Positions 25,478 to 38,818 of a stretch of DNA of 64,000 nt are shown one piece after another. Both the position numbers and the translations under genes were made by a program. The stretch covers positions 248,001-312,000 of the forward strand of contig JAQGDQ010000079.1 in assembly GCA_030141605.1 (NCBI GenBank). Direction: 5' to 3'. Below the pieces are notes generated by a model, which was not told the DNA's origin, did not search any database, and worked only from the letters and a program-made list of their open reading frames with translations. The DNA comes from Tubiluchus corallicola (Eukaryota > Animalia > Priapulida). Positions within the stretch are counted from its first letter, which is position 1. Each line of letters opens with the position of its first letter.

Positions 25478-27057
25478 AAATGCTGTGCTTTGCTGTAACA
25501 GACATGTCTAATGCTTATAAATACTTTAAAAAAAAATTAATAGCCATTATTATTATTATAATTTTAGAAGTGTAATGACATTTATATATTTATATGCCAC
25601 GGAATAACTGCAATTCCAAAAATGTCTGTATAAGAAACAATGTGAGACAGGTGCAGTTTCATGACCTGTTTGTAAAACTTGGGGAATTTAAGATTGATTA
25701 TTTAACAGACAATAAATGTATATAATATGGGATACATTTGCAGTTTATCTAATATTTCTAGCACATTATCTTAAACTCTAAAAGCAATCATCTGTCAGAT
25801 GTATTTACGAGAAAATTATGTAAACTTTTTTTGCTTAATGTTTAGCAGAATGAAGTAAAAAGTATATGCAGTTAATGTTTTAAACACAAAAACTGTCTAT
25901 GAGAAACCATTGACTATGTGTGCCAAGACTATTCAGCTTGGTATTGTGCTCATTTTCCATTGTATACTTGACGGATGATGAAGAAATTATGTATAAAGAA
26001 AGCTTTTTTGTGTTATAATCAATAATGTAATTATTGATGCTTCATTTCTAAAAGGAAGACTCAGAAGCAAGTGTTGACTATTTGATGCTCTCTGTCGTGC
26101 TTTCTGTGGCACACAAATGTAGAAAAAGGATAGATACTCGTTAGAAACTGCTAAATCTAGAAACTGTTGGAATTGGATAAATGCTGCTGGTGCCTGTTAG
26201 AAAACCAATATAGCTATTTGCCATAATTTCATGTGAATTATGCCATATTTGCCATAATACACATGTATTACCACATTCCTGTAAGTAATTACAACATACT
26301 GTAACTGGCAAATTGGACTCAAAACTGAGAGAGACTTTGGTAAAAAATTCTATGCATGCATTGAATGCAAAAAAATGTTAATTAAATGTAGCTAATACTG
26401 ACACGAGATTTGGCATAGTCAGTACTTTTACTTAAATGTATTTCGTATAAATATAGACCACATATCATTAAACAGCTTTTTTGTATCTGTCAATGAAATA
26501 CTCTGCCTCTACCTTAATGATTTAAGATTTCTTACAAAGTATAAAATTGACTACTTCATCTTTACAAATACGAATTGTTTGGTATGAATAAGTTAAAATA
26601 ACTAATATGTGCTATGATACATGCAGTACAAAATAAGTAACAAAACTGTACCAATCTATATTCGTCTGCTAATTTCATTTTCAAATACACTTTGATAAAG
26701 AAATTTTTTACTTATTACATTTGTCTGGAACATGTCGAATACACTTTCCTGTTTTATAACTGCATGGCAGAAATAACACATTTGTTTCCTTCCTTCATGC
26801 AGCATTCCAAAATTTTAGCTATGTTAAGTCTTTCTAGGGATTCTTGTATATTATTATTGTGCAAATAATTGCTAATATTTTTCTCTATGAAATACAGTGT
26901 TTCTGAAAAGATTTTCTTGCCACATTTTTTAAATAACTTCTTTCAGCCAATAAAAATGTTGCACCAATTATATTTATCGATGTATTTTCTCAGGTGACCA
27001 CCCAGTAATGTTGGTGACGTAGGGAAGTTATGGACGACAACTAACATAATATGAAAA

Positions 27058-27127
27058 ATGTCTGGTCATAATGACGAAATTGGAAAACAAAGTGTGGGTG
27101 ATCAAAAACTTCCCACAGGAAGGCTTG
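27058..27127 (+). CDS. OSBPL8: OSBPL8 candidate alternative first coding exon 1a (exon 26994-27127)
   Basis: Acceptor tattttctcag| at 26994; ATG 27058 gives MSGHNDEIGKQSVGDQKLPTGRL; G|gtaagt phase-1 donor in frame with exon 37838. Confidence 0.6.
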
Positions 27128-27751
27128 GTAAGTTTTTAAATTCCAGGTTGGAGCAGTCTCTTATAAGCCTAAATTGCATTTACAATGCACATGCTTGGGG
27201 CCCCAGAAGTGACTTAATGAGTGAATTTTTCAAAAAACCATGTGTCATAAAATAGTTAAGCTCCTGGATGATAAAAATAAAAAGTTACGTTGATGGTGAA
27301 CCTTACTACATTTATTTAATCCTTCCGTAATATTATCTTACCGCTTGATAACTCTGACTCTTGACATTCCTTACAATAAACTCTATGAAATGAAAACAGT
27401 CTACCTTTTTACAATTTAAATATTTTAAAAAGATATTGGCATTTTTGTGTATGCTCTTCAAGGTAAGTTTAGAAAGGCCTAAAATTGTTTCCACGACTAA
27501 ATATAAATTTTGATTGCTGTGAATTCGTCTAAATGCCTTTGAAAAAGACAACAGTGGTTGTACGTTGCTGGTAGAATGGGTCTCATTTTAAGGTCCTATT
27601 TTCAAAAGTTCCACATAAATTGGGCCATAATTATAGCAAAAAAGAAATAACTCATATTTTTAATTGTCAGTTAATTCCAGCAATGCATATGAGCTTAACT
27701 AGTTCTAAATTGGGAAAACGTCTAATTTCAGCCTAATTGTAACAATAATTA

Positions 27752-28387
27752 GGCAGACAATAAAAATAGTTCTGTTTCTGTCTAATCGCCTGGATAATAT
27801 TTTTATCATGCACCCGGCTGGGAATTTTATAAACAATTTTTGTATATTCATATACTTACTTGTCAGAAAAAAGCATATTTTTTAATTTAAAACATAAAAC
27901 GCAATGATTATTATAACATCATTCTTTCAGGAACGCAGGATGCGGTCATGTTTTTCCACAACTAACTTTCAGCCAGGGTTGCCATTTTGTATGATGCTCA
28001 CTGTATTCGAGGCTTAAAAGTATCAAATTTTCTGCCAAATTGGTGTATTAACGGCCGAGTAGTGTTGTCTCTTATACCATAATTATCAGAATATACACGT
28101 TCATGATACAAAAAAAGAGACTATACAATAATCGATCATTATACGATAATCTAGTAATGCGAAACTAAAAAACAAAGCTTGAAAAAACGTACATTGGAAA
28201 AAATTAAAACATTACTGCTAACCAGTGGGAAATAAACAAACTTTGATTTCAACTGATTTTAATATTCCACGATTCAGCTTTAACAAAGCTTTAAAATTTT
28301 TTTTTGAAATTTCAAAAAAATTTCCTCCCTCCCTACTGACATCTTTGGAGCTCATGAGATAAGACAGAAACAATTTTTTTTGTGGCC
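27752..28387. mobile_element. MITE-like element with imperfect TIRs
   Basis: Left end ggcagacaataaaaatagttctgtttctgtct resembles the reverse complement of the right end, ggccacaaaaaaaattgtttctgtct; no clear TSD. Confidence 0.45.
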
Positions 28388-29479
28388 GGGATTATTCAGC
28401 AATGCTTCAGTGTACTCTGCTGCAGAGCCTGTGTCATTCGTTAAAGTGTGCATAGAAAATTTCCTTTTTTTGTAACAACAGCAAACTGCAGATTGCTATA
28501 ACCTCAGTTTGATAAGTGAACTTGGAATTTAAGTTCAAGTCTGCCTTTTTAGTGAATTCATTCATGTTGAAATGTAGGTAAAGTTCACAGGCTTTCAAAA
28601 AGGCGAACGAATTTGTCCCGTCACAGATGCAGAAATATGCAAGCTTCCATCTGGTTAGCACAGGTGGGCTTCACTGACTTTTTGATTTCATTCACTGTCC
28701 TTGTCGGTGTCAAGAATAAATGGACAAAAATAAATACTGACAGAAGCACATTATTCCAAGGTTGGCTTTATGGATGCATTTTTTATTTGCAATAAAGCAC
28801 AGTTAATATGGCAGAACCTTTGTCAAAAAAATACACTTCTGATTGTTAAGCTCATCAATATAATTAAAATAAAATAATTTCATTATTTGCAATTTTCTAT
28901 AGTCTTTTACCTAAGACATTTAAGCCAAATACATTTCACAGTCATTGCAAGTGCATTCTTCATTAAAATCTTGCATTTAACTTTTGCCATTTCTATTCTA
29001 TGCATTATTAAACGAAATTGCCAAGCTCTGCATTCCCTCCTCATTCACGAAGCTTACTGACATTCTTGTTGATTACTGATAGCTGATTACCCTCCCTGCC
29101 TATCAGAAAGGAATCCCCAATCTGCAAGTGTAATTACTACTGCCTAATCAAGTATGATGCCCTAATGATCATGTAAGCAAGCATCTAAGCTCTAATTTAG
29201 GGATACATGCTGGCAAAGGCGCTGAATGGAAATGGTTTGCGACTTTTCTGAAAGGTACTAAGAGTTCCTTTGGGTTGTTAGAAACTGTGGTAGTACAACG
29301 TTTATGGATACCATCATCTAAGTGATTGCGGCATGGAAATTTGTTGTTGAAAACCATTCATTATAAAGCTTTTATACGAAAGCCATAATATTTAAAACAA
29401 CTTTCCATTGTTCATCAGATGTTGGGGAACAGTTTTTAAGCTTTTCTAAACATTTTTCACGCTTTTGTTCAGCAGTTTC

Positions 29480-30060
29480 AGGGGGAAATTCTGAATTGAG
29501 ATTGTGTTATACGTGGTCAAGCATTTAAATGAAGTACCATGTGCCAGCAGATGCATTAACTATAATAACCGATGGTGCTCTGCCGGGCTATTAATCTCTT
29601 TGAATGTCTTCAACCCAGTCCCTCAGCATCTTTTATTCAACGTCCCTCCACTGCTTTAGAACTTCCCGTTTCATATGCACAAGCATATTCGTCGAGCCTG
29701 AAGCCAATTTGAATCTGATGACATGCCTATTCGGATGTTGCAGCTACACTGATTCGGGTAGCGACGAGTTTCTGAAGCCGCGATATTTGTCAAATTTGTG
29801 ATTCAGTGGAGTAAACATTCCCTGTGAGATTTATAATGAAAATTTCTTGAAGTGATGTAGTGTCTCACAAAGTCAAAGTGGATAAGGAAGAACTATTATT
29901 ACTAGGTTGTGGACACGGGCACACTTGCGACCAAGCACTGTCTGCTGGGTATTGAATATCATCAATAGCTTCATCAAATATTAAATGAAATTGTTTATGG
30001 TCCAGCATAACTGATAATTGAAGTATATCATACTTGATCGCAATTTCTCTTTGATGATAG
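29480..30060 (-). mobile_element. Degraded Helitron/Helentron RepHel (PIF1-like helicase N-terminal) remnant
   Basis: Minus-strand pieces DEAIDDIQYPADSAWSQVCP, MLRDWVEDIQR and VIIVNASAGT-(frameshift)-GTSF resemble the region ending in the helicase Walker A (G.AGTGKS). Confidence 0.35.
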
Positions 30061-31194
30061 TATCTGTTGCCAAGGTGCAGTGTTCACATGTATCATTTGC
30101 TGCTATTCATATACGAATCTATTGAAAGGCCAGGCTGTTTTATGTGATGTGACACTTGCAGTTTGTAAGTTCAGAGCTTTACATTATAAAGCGTGTTGCG
30201 TGTTACTACTTCTTTTTCAAAGAAAATTACCAAAAAGAGAAATTTTGGTCTTTTTATAGTCAGTAAAGGAAAAGTAGAATAACCGAGTATTTGAAAACAT
30301 TTTGAAATTTACTCAAAACTGCTAAATTTTGTGAAACTTCAGGTGTTTTATTTTTGGCCACTAGCTGTGGCACTCGATCAAATGTTTGAGTTTAGTTGAT
30401 TTTACATTTAACTAAATATGATTAGTTTCTAAGCTTTTGTGTAAGTCAGGTGTAACGCCTTTATGGCTATAAGAAGTTTGCTGAATTAACTGGGTATCTG
30501 TATCAGTTTGTCATCAGGAGGATGACTGTCAAACTGTAGGATCGTCTGTTGTCACTTGTACCAATTACTGACAAATTAACTCTGCTTATGCTAGCTTTGA
30601 TAAAACCGATGTTTAGATAAGCCATTTTTATCATACAGTTAATTATAAACATTATATGGAACATTCGCAGTTGCTCGGTATCCCCGTGTACTGCCTCTAC
30701 TTGTACTGCATGCCTCGCCAAGTACGGCAGCGTAGCTTTACACTTTTTAGTGAAGTTAAACATGCACCCTGGACTAGAGTTAAGAACTTGAATCAGTCTT
30801 TGGACTTTGGCTTTCAAGCGAAAGGCGGGTTACGCAGTTTTATTCTTTGGCGAACGTCTTTAATTATGGCTACTGATTTGTTTATATCATTGCAATATAG
30901 TTGCGCTGCTGGCAGTATGACACATGAGAAAGATGTGGACGCATTAATTGGACACATAGGTTTTTGTGAATGATCTAACGACTATGTTTATGAAATAATC
31001 ATGCAGTAATTTCGAAAACCTGTGATCATGATTGCAAACAAAACAACTTTCTTGGGAATGGATCTGTGAACGGTTTGGTTGTATTTCACTGTTGTTCTGA
31101 TTTTTAAATGCAGAAATATGGTTGCAGTACAAAGACGTAAAAATGAATTTTTAAAAAAATCTTATTAGTTTAATTTAATTGTGAACGGCACCTC

Positions 31195-31240
31195 ATGATA
31201 GCTAAAATGAACCAAAGAAGAGCCTCCAAAACACGCATAG
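31195..31240 (+). CDS. OSBPL8: OSBPL8 candidate alternative first coding exon 1b
   Basis: ATG 31195 (or 31207) gives MIAKMNQRRASKTRI; TAG|gtaagg phase-1 donor in frame with exon 37838; CpG cluster upstream at about 30660-30910. Confidence 0.5.
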
Positions 31241-34200
31241 GTAAGGTACATTTTATATTCAGCGTTCGTTAATAATTTTTGCATGTCTAAATTAAAACAG
31301 CTGCAGCACTATTTTTTAGCATTATTTGTCAGCATTGGCACTTCTTACAACTGTTCGATCCAGGTCCAGTTGACCTGTTTTTTGGCATTCTGCATAAATA
31401 TGTAGAGATCGGCAGCGGGTGCTAACCCTTGCTTACCCGGCCCAGTCTCGAGATTCTTGCTGGCTGACAGCGGTTACAATATGTAATTTATAGACAAACT
31501 GGAAAAAACATAAAACGTGTACATGTTTAGTATGAATCTGTTAATGATTCCAGAAAATGTATAACTGCTATGTACTTACCAGAACCACAAGAACTTGTAA
31601 AGTAAACCACTGCAAAACATTCAACTATTTCATGCAAGAATATCAGTATTATGTCAAGACTGCTGGGTTACCCTTAGACCAAAATGCTGGCCGTCAACAA
31701 AAATGTCAATTGACACACAGACTTGTGAAATTATAGTTTTCACAAATCTCATTGCGATTATGTCTGTCAAGAATGGATAGTTTTTTTAGTTTTTTCATAA
31801 TTATACTGTAATAAAAATTACTCGCTTGGTATAAAATTTAGACAGGATCAGTCTAAAAGGGTAAAGTAAGCAATGACATGGATTCAAACAACCCTAAGAT
31901 ACCCTTGTGATCTCCTAAGTGCTTTGATTCAGCGACACTTTTGTCAAAGTCTTATTTGGCTTGAAGAAACTTATAATAATAAATCTGATTCTGAGCTGAA
32001 ACTATAGTTAGAAATGTAGTACGTACATGTTTACAAGATGTGCTAATCCTTAGCTTCGACGTCGTCCGTCTATGAGATGTGGACCTGTGGTTCTCTCATT
32101 AAAGTTGGTGTGGTTGCTGAGTGTACAACTGTGTATATCTTGATTCTTTGTTGCCGACGATGTTACAGACATTGAGGACGGCAGGTACTGAAGTTGCGGG
32201 TGTTCGTCATCAAGATAGTGGGCACTTATTTTACCAGCACATATTAAACGATCGCTGAAAAATGTAAAATATGCATGAAGCACTTTAAGTGATACAAGCA
32301 TCCTCATTTTTGATGAAGCTTCTTTTGGCTTTATAACGGTTTTCATTATTAATAGCATACATCGTTTTACTATTTACTATTTACCAGTACACATATCTAC
32401 AAGTGTTACATTTACACACAATTAGATATCTACTACAGTATATAATAACTAGTTTTATCTACAGCCAACAATTGAAATGAAATTAGGCGGAAACATTCTC
32501 GAGAAGCAGTCGCTGTTAGGCTGTTGTTCTTTTGACTAACTATAGTAGGTTCCCGAGATGACAACTCTTTAATGTAGTGTTTAAAAAATAGTATTGACCC
32601 ATTATTGTAAAATTTTATATCATAGTTGATTTTGGTTTGTAGCCTAAAATTCAACGCCTTTTTTCTGTAAATACACTTCTGCAGAAACATTTGTATGATC
32701 AACACCTTGGTATATGACAGTAATTTGTTTTGGGATGAAACGTGTTTTCTATTTCTATAATAACCTAATTTGGAAAACTTACATACAGAGATAGAATGAG
32801 AAACATTGTCAAGATAAGTTTGAACAGGTTGGAAAAAATAAGTGGGGTGATTATATATCACTGCATTTGGAGTTGACTGGACGACTACAGAAGTCAAAGA
32901 ATTACCTGATCATTGTCTAGATGTGCAGTGTTACAGACATATCCCACCAAATGCATGTAGTGTTGCATGCATACTCATACATGCATACATACATACACAT
33001 ACTCAATGACAGGCATGTTTCAGACTATGACGTTCAGTGACGTTTGAGTTATCCAAACCTGGACGTACTCAAGTTGAAGTCCGCTTCATCTGCGCCAGCT
33101 GGGGCATGTCTTTTTATAACATTCTAATACATAATTACTGACAGATTGAAATATTGTGAAAATTACTTACTGGTTTTGATTGCTCCCTTTGGGGCAAGTC
33201 GGACGGATAATTTTCCAATTACTAAGAAATACTGCAGCTGATAGCAGATTTTGTCAATTTATCTTGGGATTCTTATCTCCAAGAGTCTGCTTAGGGAATA
33301 ATAATACTAGGTAGTCTGGGTTTTATGGGCAACAGGCTATTAACTCTGATTGTGTGAGATCGTGTGAGATTTTTTTTAAATAAGGACGAACAAACTTTCA
33401 AATGTGCAGGAGTATTTATGTTTTTTGCAAATAATGTACTTTTCCTGGTGAACACTGCTTTATTTATAAAGCAAAAAAAGGATTTGCGCAAATTTGTGAA
33501 TTACCAACTGGTAAGAATGTGAATACTAAAATTTATTGTTGTTGTTGCATTCGTTGTATGGAGTGTGGTTATCATTTCCCCCTGACATTTTCTTTATACT
33601 TTAGTTTTAATTCTCATTTCTTTTTACTGATTGAGCTTTCAGTTCAATCAACTTGTATTCCGTAATTTAATTTAGCGCAAAATGAATGTAAATGAGTCAG
33701 TCGTGCGTATAATTCATCTTATTATATTTAATCACACGAGGTATTACAATTAAACGAACTAATTAACACAGAAGATTTCTTCATTAATTGCCATAGGATT
33801 GGTTTTAGTAGGCTATAACAATTTCTTTAGTGGCTATATTGCCTTTTGTAGTGTTAGTGAAGACGACAGCACAACGCGCATATGTACATGTATAATAGTT
33901 GTTCTAGCGCCTAGCTTTTTTCTGTGGGATAATTATATTCTGTTGTGAATGTGTAAGCATTGTGACATTTGCTCTTCTTAGTAAGGTCAATCTAATGGAA
34001 AAGATGGCCCTATCCCTAAAGAATTGCAAGAAAACAATGAGCATTTGTAAAATAAGATTATGATAGCTTGTTCAACATAGGATTGGAAAAAGTCCGAAAA
34101 GCAGCAGCAGTTTTTGACAATAGAACCGCTTTTTTGAATTTTTTTTAATGAGTTCTCAATTAAACTTACTTTTATGGATTGGCAGTAGCGACAACCCTTT

Positions 34201-36393
34201 CACAAAGATATAGTAAGTTGATTCTGTCTTCCATTTTATCCAAATGCAGCCATTGTATCCTGATGGGAAATTAATAGCAGGGTTGCTCTTATGAAAACAG
34301 CACAGTGATTTCCTGCTTCGCTAGTGACCATTTATCCTGGATGCTTTGTGTAATTACTGAAGCCACTGGTTTCCTGTAAAACTGTGATGTGAAGGTTTAG
34401 AAAAGAGAAAAATTAATTGAAGCCAATAATGATTGAAAATTTTGCTTCTTTGCACAGAACACAATGCACTCTAAAGAAGATGTCCAGAATGAACATGTCC
34501 TGAAATGTAATAGCATAGGCGTACTGATACTAAAGTGATAACATACTAATAGTATTCATTCCACTCTATTCAATAATGACATACTGCTCAGGTTGTGTCA
34601 TTATTGAAAAAGAGATTTGATCAGATCAGACGAATTAGCAGTCATTTGCAGTTTTTCATTACCAATTGTAAAAATGGAATCTTTGCATGAATAGTTTATT
34701 GTCTAGCAGAAACAGCCAATTATTACCAGTGCACCACAGAGAAACTAACTTCTCAGGCTCAGTAATTTACTGTGTACAGTAAGATACTAAAAGTCTGTGT
34801 AAGGTTAAAGGTTTATACCAAATCACGAGTCGAAATGCTCTTCCAGTTAATTTATTTTAAGTGACATGTGAGCAAAATCAAATTTGAATTTGAAAAATAT
34901 ATTTCTTTATCGAGAAAACATATAAATGTCTCTTCGCTTGTTTCTTTAATATTTGCCTTTGACAGGGTTGTCTAATAGTGTCTCACCTTCGTCTGACATG
35001 TATGTACATATTCTGTAATGTTTTTGTATCATGGCATTTATGTTGTATCATTGTAGCAGCGTATTATATTTTTGCGAAAAGTGCTAAAATTATGACGTGG
35101 CAGTGCAAAGAGGGGTTCATTTGAATTTTGGCCTTTGGTACAAACGTTATAGTGTCTTCATTCTATTTGTGCAAACTTAAATGAATTGAACTCGTAGACT
35201 GTATTTGCTGTGCCATCATTCCAGCCACAAGTATTAAATTACTAATGGTGTATGATCGTGTATCTGTAAAGATTTAATAACGTTTTGACGCTGTTACCCA
35301 GAATTCTAGTCATCTCTGGGTCAGCTACTGTTGTGTGTGCTTGACGATAGTATTTCTCAGTTCACAACTAGATCCAACCAGATGAATTTTATGAGGTGAC
35401 GTATGAAATAGCCTGGTCGCAAGAGTGTTTAGAAGCTCCTTTCTTCCAATCCGTTCTTCCTAACACTAAATGATCCAAACCTTCATCAAGCAATGCAGCA
35501 AACCTGCGGCTGCCTATCATAAGCCGGCCATTGTGAAGGATAGTCGAGTGACTTACGCTACACCTGCTAGTTTCTCAATTATAGCCTGTTATAATATACA
35601 TCTGCCAACTACATAATGATGAAAAGCAATTAGCTTTCAATGATTGTCTATGGTCATTTCTGCTTCTGAAAACCTGAGGTGCAAGCCTGCGAAGTGACAT
35701 TCCGTTACACTATTTCCAGTGTTCTTGCATTTTGATCATTTGGTAAGTTTTTTTTGAGATAGGTATTCGTTACTAGGAAGTTCAAGATGTACCATGCTGA
35801 ATCAGAACACCATGAGTCTGTACCACGCACGTACACATTGAATTAACCATTTGTTTCACAAAAGGGCCCGTCTGTTGAGACAGTGTATGGTATCTCAGCT
35901 TAAATCTTATTCACTGATAAGGTTCTTTTACACTACAAAGTATTATCGCAATTCATAAATCTGGAAGTGTAAGTAAAATTACCATTACATAAAATTTGTG
36001 CTTATACATTGTGTGCATAAATGAGGAGCAATCTATTTTGCAAATTACCGTTATGCATGTAACTGGTTCATATATTCACCCTATTTACTGAACTGCCTTG
36101 CACTTACACTGTGGAATAGTCAACACATGCCGCCTATAAATTTGAACAGATCGAGTTATTGCCATTAATATTGACCAAACCATCCACTTGCCGTGCTAGG
36201 TAATGGAATCCCATACTTGACATTTGGTTTTTATAATGTCACACAAGATTGCAGAACTGTTGAATGTCTTTCAGATGCTGCTGATAGTTTTATGCCGTGT
36301 AGCTTTTATATCAGAACAACAAAGAAGTCTATCAGAATTGGTGGCAGTTACTTTGTAGCTAACGTGTCACCAAGCTTTAAAATAAAAGTGCTG

Positions 36394-37066
36394 TTAGGGT
36401 GATGAAAACGTGAAGAATGACTCAAAAAGTTTCGTTTGGATAGGAAAGTTTTGATATATTTGCAGACGTTTTGAACTCACTGCAGAATGGTGTAGATTCG
36501 CGTTTTGTATTTCAGTTGACAATTTGTTTTTGAAATAATTACACCTATAGTTCTTTCTGTGAATGAAGCTTTGTTTTAACGCACAGGGAACCTCTCCACT
36601 TACGCAAAGCTTAAAAAATTCGTCCTGAAATTTTATACCACTTACGTACTGACTTTTTACATACAGGACTTGCGTCGGCAATAACGCTGTATAGAACTTG
36701 TAAATTTAAACTCGCGAAACGACCGTTAGGCGCAGCCATTTTAATGGTAGGTCGTTTGAAACAAGTTTAGATAACATTGTGCGAAGTTTGAAAAAATAAT
36801 AAGAGCTTACATAGCATACATATTACTAACTAAGTAAAATTTTAGATTACTGTATCTTGTCAACAAGATTAAAAATACATTTTTGGTTAGTGAGTGGTGC
36901 ACCCTGGAGGGTTATCCAGCAACATTTTACCAATTATCATAAACATTTTAAATTATTATTTCGAATTACATAAGTCTTTCCAGCAGGTAAGCGAAATGCT
37001 AAGTAATATAAATTTGCTTGGAAAGTTTTCTGAGACATAATTTAACATTGCCTTTTCTTCCCCTGA
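36394..37066 (+). repeat. Interspersed repeat copy B (uninterrupted; possible MITE with decayed TIRs)
   Basis: Similar to 24305-25477 without the insertion; ends ttagggtgatgaaaa ... ttttcttcccctga are loosely inverted. Confidence 0.65.
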
Positions 37067-37837
37067 TTTACGTTTGCGCATGTGACGTAATGTAATGAAA
37101 TTCGGAACGGTATTGCGGGAAATTTAAAATGCAAACAAACGAATGCATAAAATTGCTGTAAAGTAATATAATTTTTTAACGCGATTTTTCTGAAACCTGC
37201 TTCGTGTGCCCCTTTTCTGGTCTTTTAAATAAACCAGTCAGGCAAGCATGCCCATTTCATATGATGCTGTGTAAGAGAGAGCATGTCCAGCACTCCAACT
37301 GAACGATATGCAATAGTTTATCAAGCAATCGCCAAGTTGCAGGCAGCACTGCATGCATTAGGCTTTTGTTTCTGTCTAGCATAGTTCTAGAAAATAGGGC
37401 AGAGCACAGCACCTGCACATAACTGTAGCAAAGGTGAATTTAGCTACAAAGGTTAGTCCTCCCACTATGAATTTTATGTTGTTCTATAAAATCGGTTATG
37501 TCATTTTCACAATGAGTATGAAAAATCATATTTGTTCATACAGGTTCCCAAGCACAATAATAGACCAAACCACATTTCCAAATCGACATCATCCACTAGC
37601 TTTCATTGAGCAAATAGTGAGCGTTTGCTAAATCGACGTGTTTCCTATAACTGGAGCCAGACTTGTATCTTGCACATTGCCGAACAACCTGAACAACCAT
37701 AAGTATCCATCTACAGTTTACAGTAGATGTTATATTGTTACAGATACAGTACCTTCTTTTTGTCCTGTATTAAATGCTATGAAAGACAGCAGTTTTAACC
37801 AGGGTCATAAATTAATTTTCGTTTATTTTATTTCTAG

Positions 37838-37987
37838 TCAGTAGCATGGATGTGCCAAATCCAGCACAGGTAAATGCCATGGGGACTCCAACACCAGCTC
37901 TCCAAATACCACTGCCATCTGCTGGACAAACTCGGAAACTTTCAGGGCCTCAACAGGATCCGAGTACAACAGCTGTGACTCCAACAG
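37838..37987 (+). CDS. OSBPL8: OSBPL8 N-terminal exon (150 nt, P/T/Q-rich)
   Basis: Acceptor tttatttctag|, donor CAG|gtatta; phase 1-1; (V)SSMDVPNPAQVNAMGTPTPALQIPLPSAGQTRKLSGPQQDPSTTAVTPT. Assigned by frame continuity, not by recognised homology. Confidence 0.72.
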
Positions 37988-38728
37988 GTATTAACATTTG
38001 TTCCAATTGGAATTTACAATTGCAAGTGCATGTGTTTACAATTGTACAACCCAAAGAGGAATTCAAGTATAGGAATTATTTCAAAGATGGAAATTTCTCT
38101 GGGATTCTTCGATGCCTTTTCTGTATTTTTGGAGCTGTGAAATGCATAGTTGTGACTGCATATTTGTTTCAGAAAATTAATTCTGGATGGGAAATCCTGC
38201 TCCGTTTTTCCCTAAAAATCCAGTCTTCAAAATAGTTTCTGTTTTACATTGAAGTTTTTTATTTGTTTGTTTTTATTTGAATGTGGGTATGTGAAAGTGT
38301 AAGAAGTAACAGTTTGTGCTTCTGTGTGCTTCCTCATTTTTTGTCTGCCTGTCTGTCTGTCTCCCTCTCTTTATTTCTTTACCCTTAACCTATTGCTGTT
38401 AATATGAGCAAATAGGAAATGGGTGCAGTTCTGAATTTAAAAAATATATTTTTAACCGTTTTGCATTTGTTGTATTAGTATTGATTGGCTGGGTTTACGG
38501 TTGCACTACTACATTATGAATGACTGCAGTATAATAATGGATAAAATATAGCCTTGTTAAATAAAATCTGCCTAAATAGCATTTAATGATTTCTTTAATA
38601 TGCTAATACTAACTATAGATTTCTAAATAGCTAGTCTAAAAGTATTAATATAATGCTTACTCCTCCTAATATGGTGATGGCTTTTGGCGGTTCTTTTCTG
38701 ACTCCTTTCTTCACTGATTTTATTGCAG

Positions 38729-38818
38729 AACTAACACAGTCTCGCATGAGGCATCTCTTGCAGCAAACTTCACAGAATGATCAAGCCATACCCTTCTCCC
38801 TCAATCTCAATCTAACAG
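38729..38818 (+). CDS. OSBPL8: OSBPL8 N-terminal exon (90 nt)
   Basis: Acceptor ctgattttattgcag|, donor CAG|gtgggt; phase 1-1; (E)LTQSRMRHLLQQTSQNDQAIPFSLNLNLT. Confidence 0.72.
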
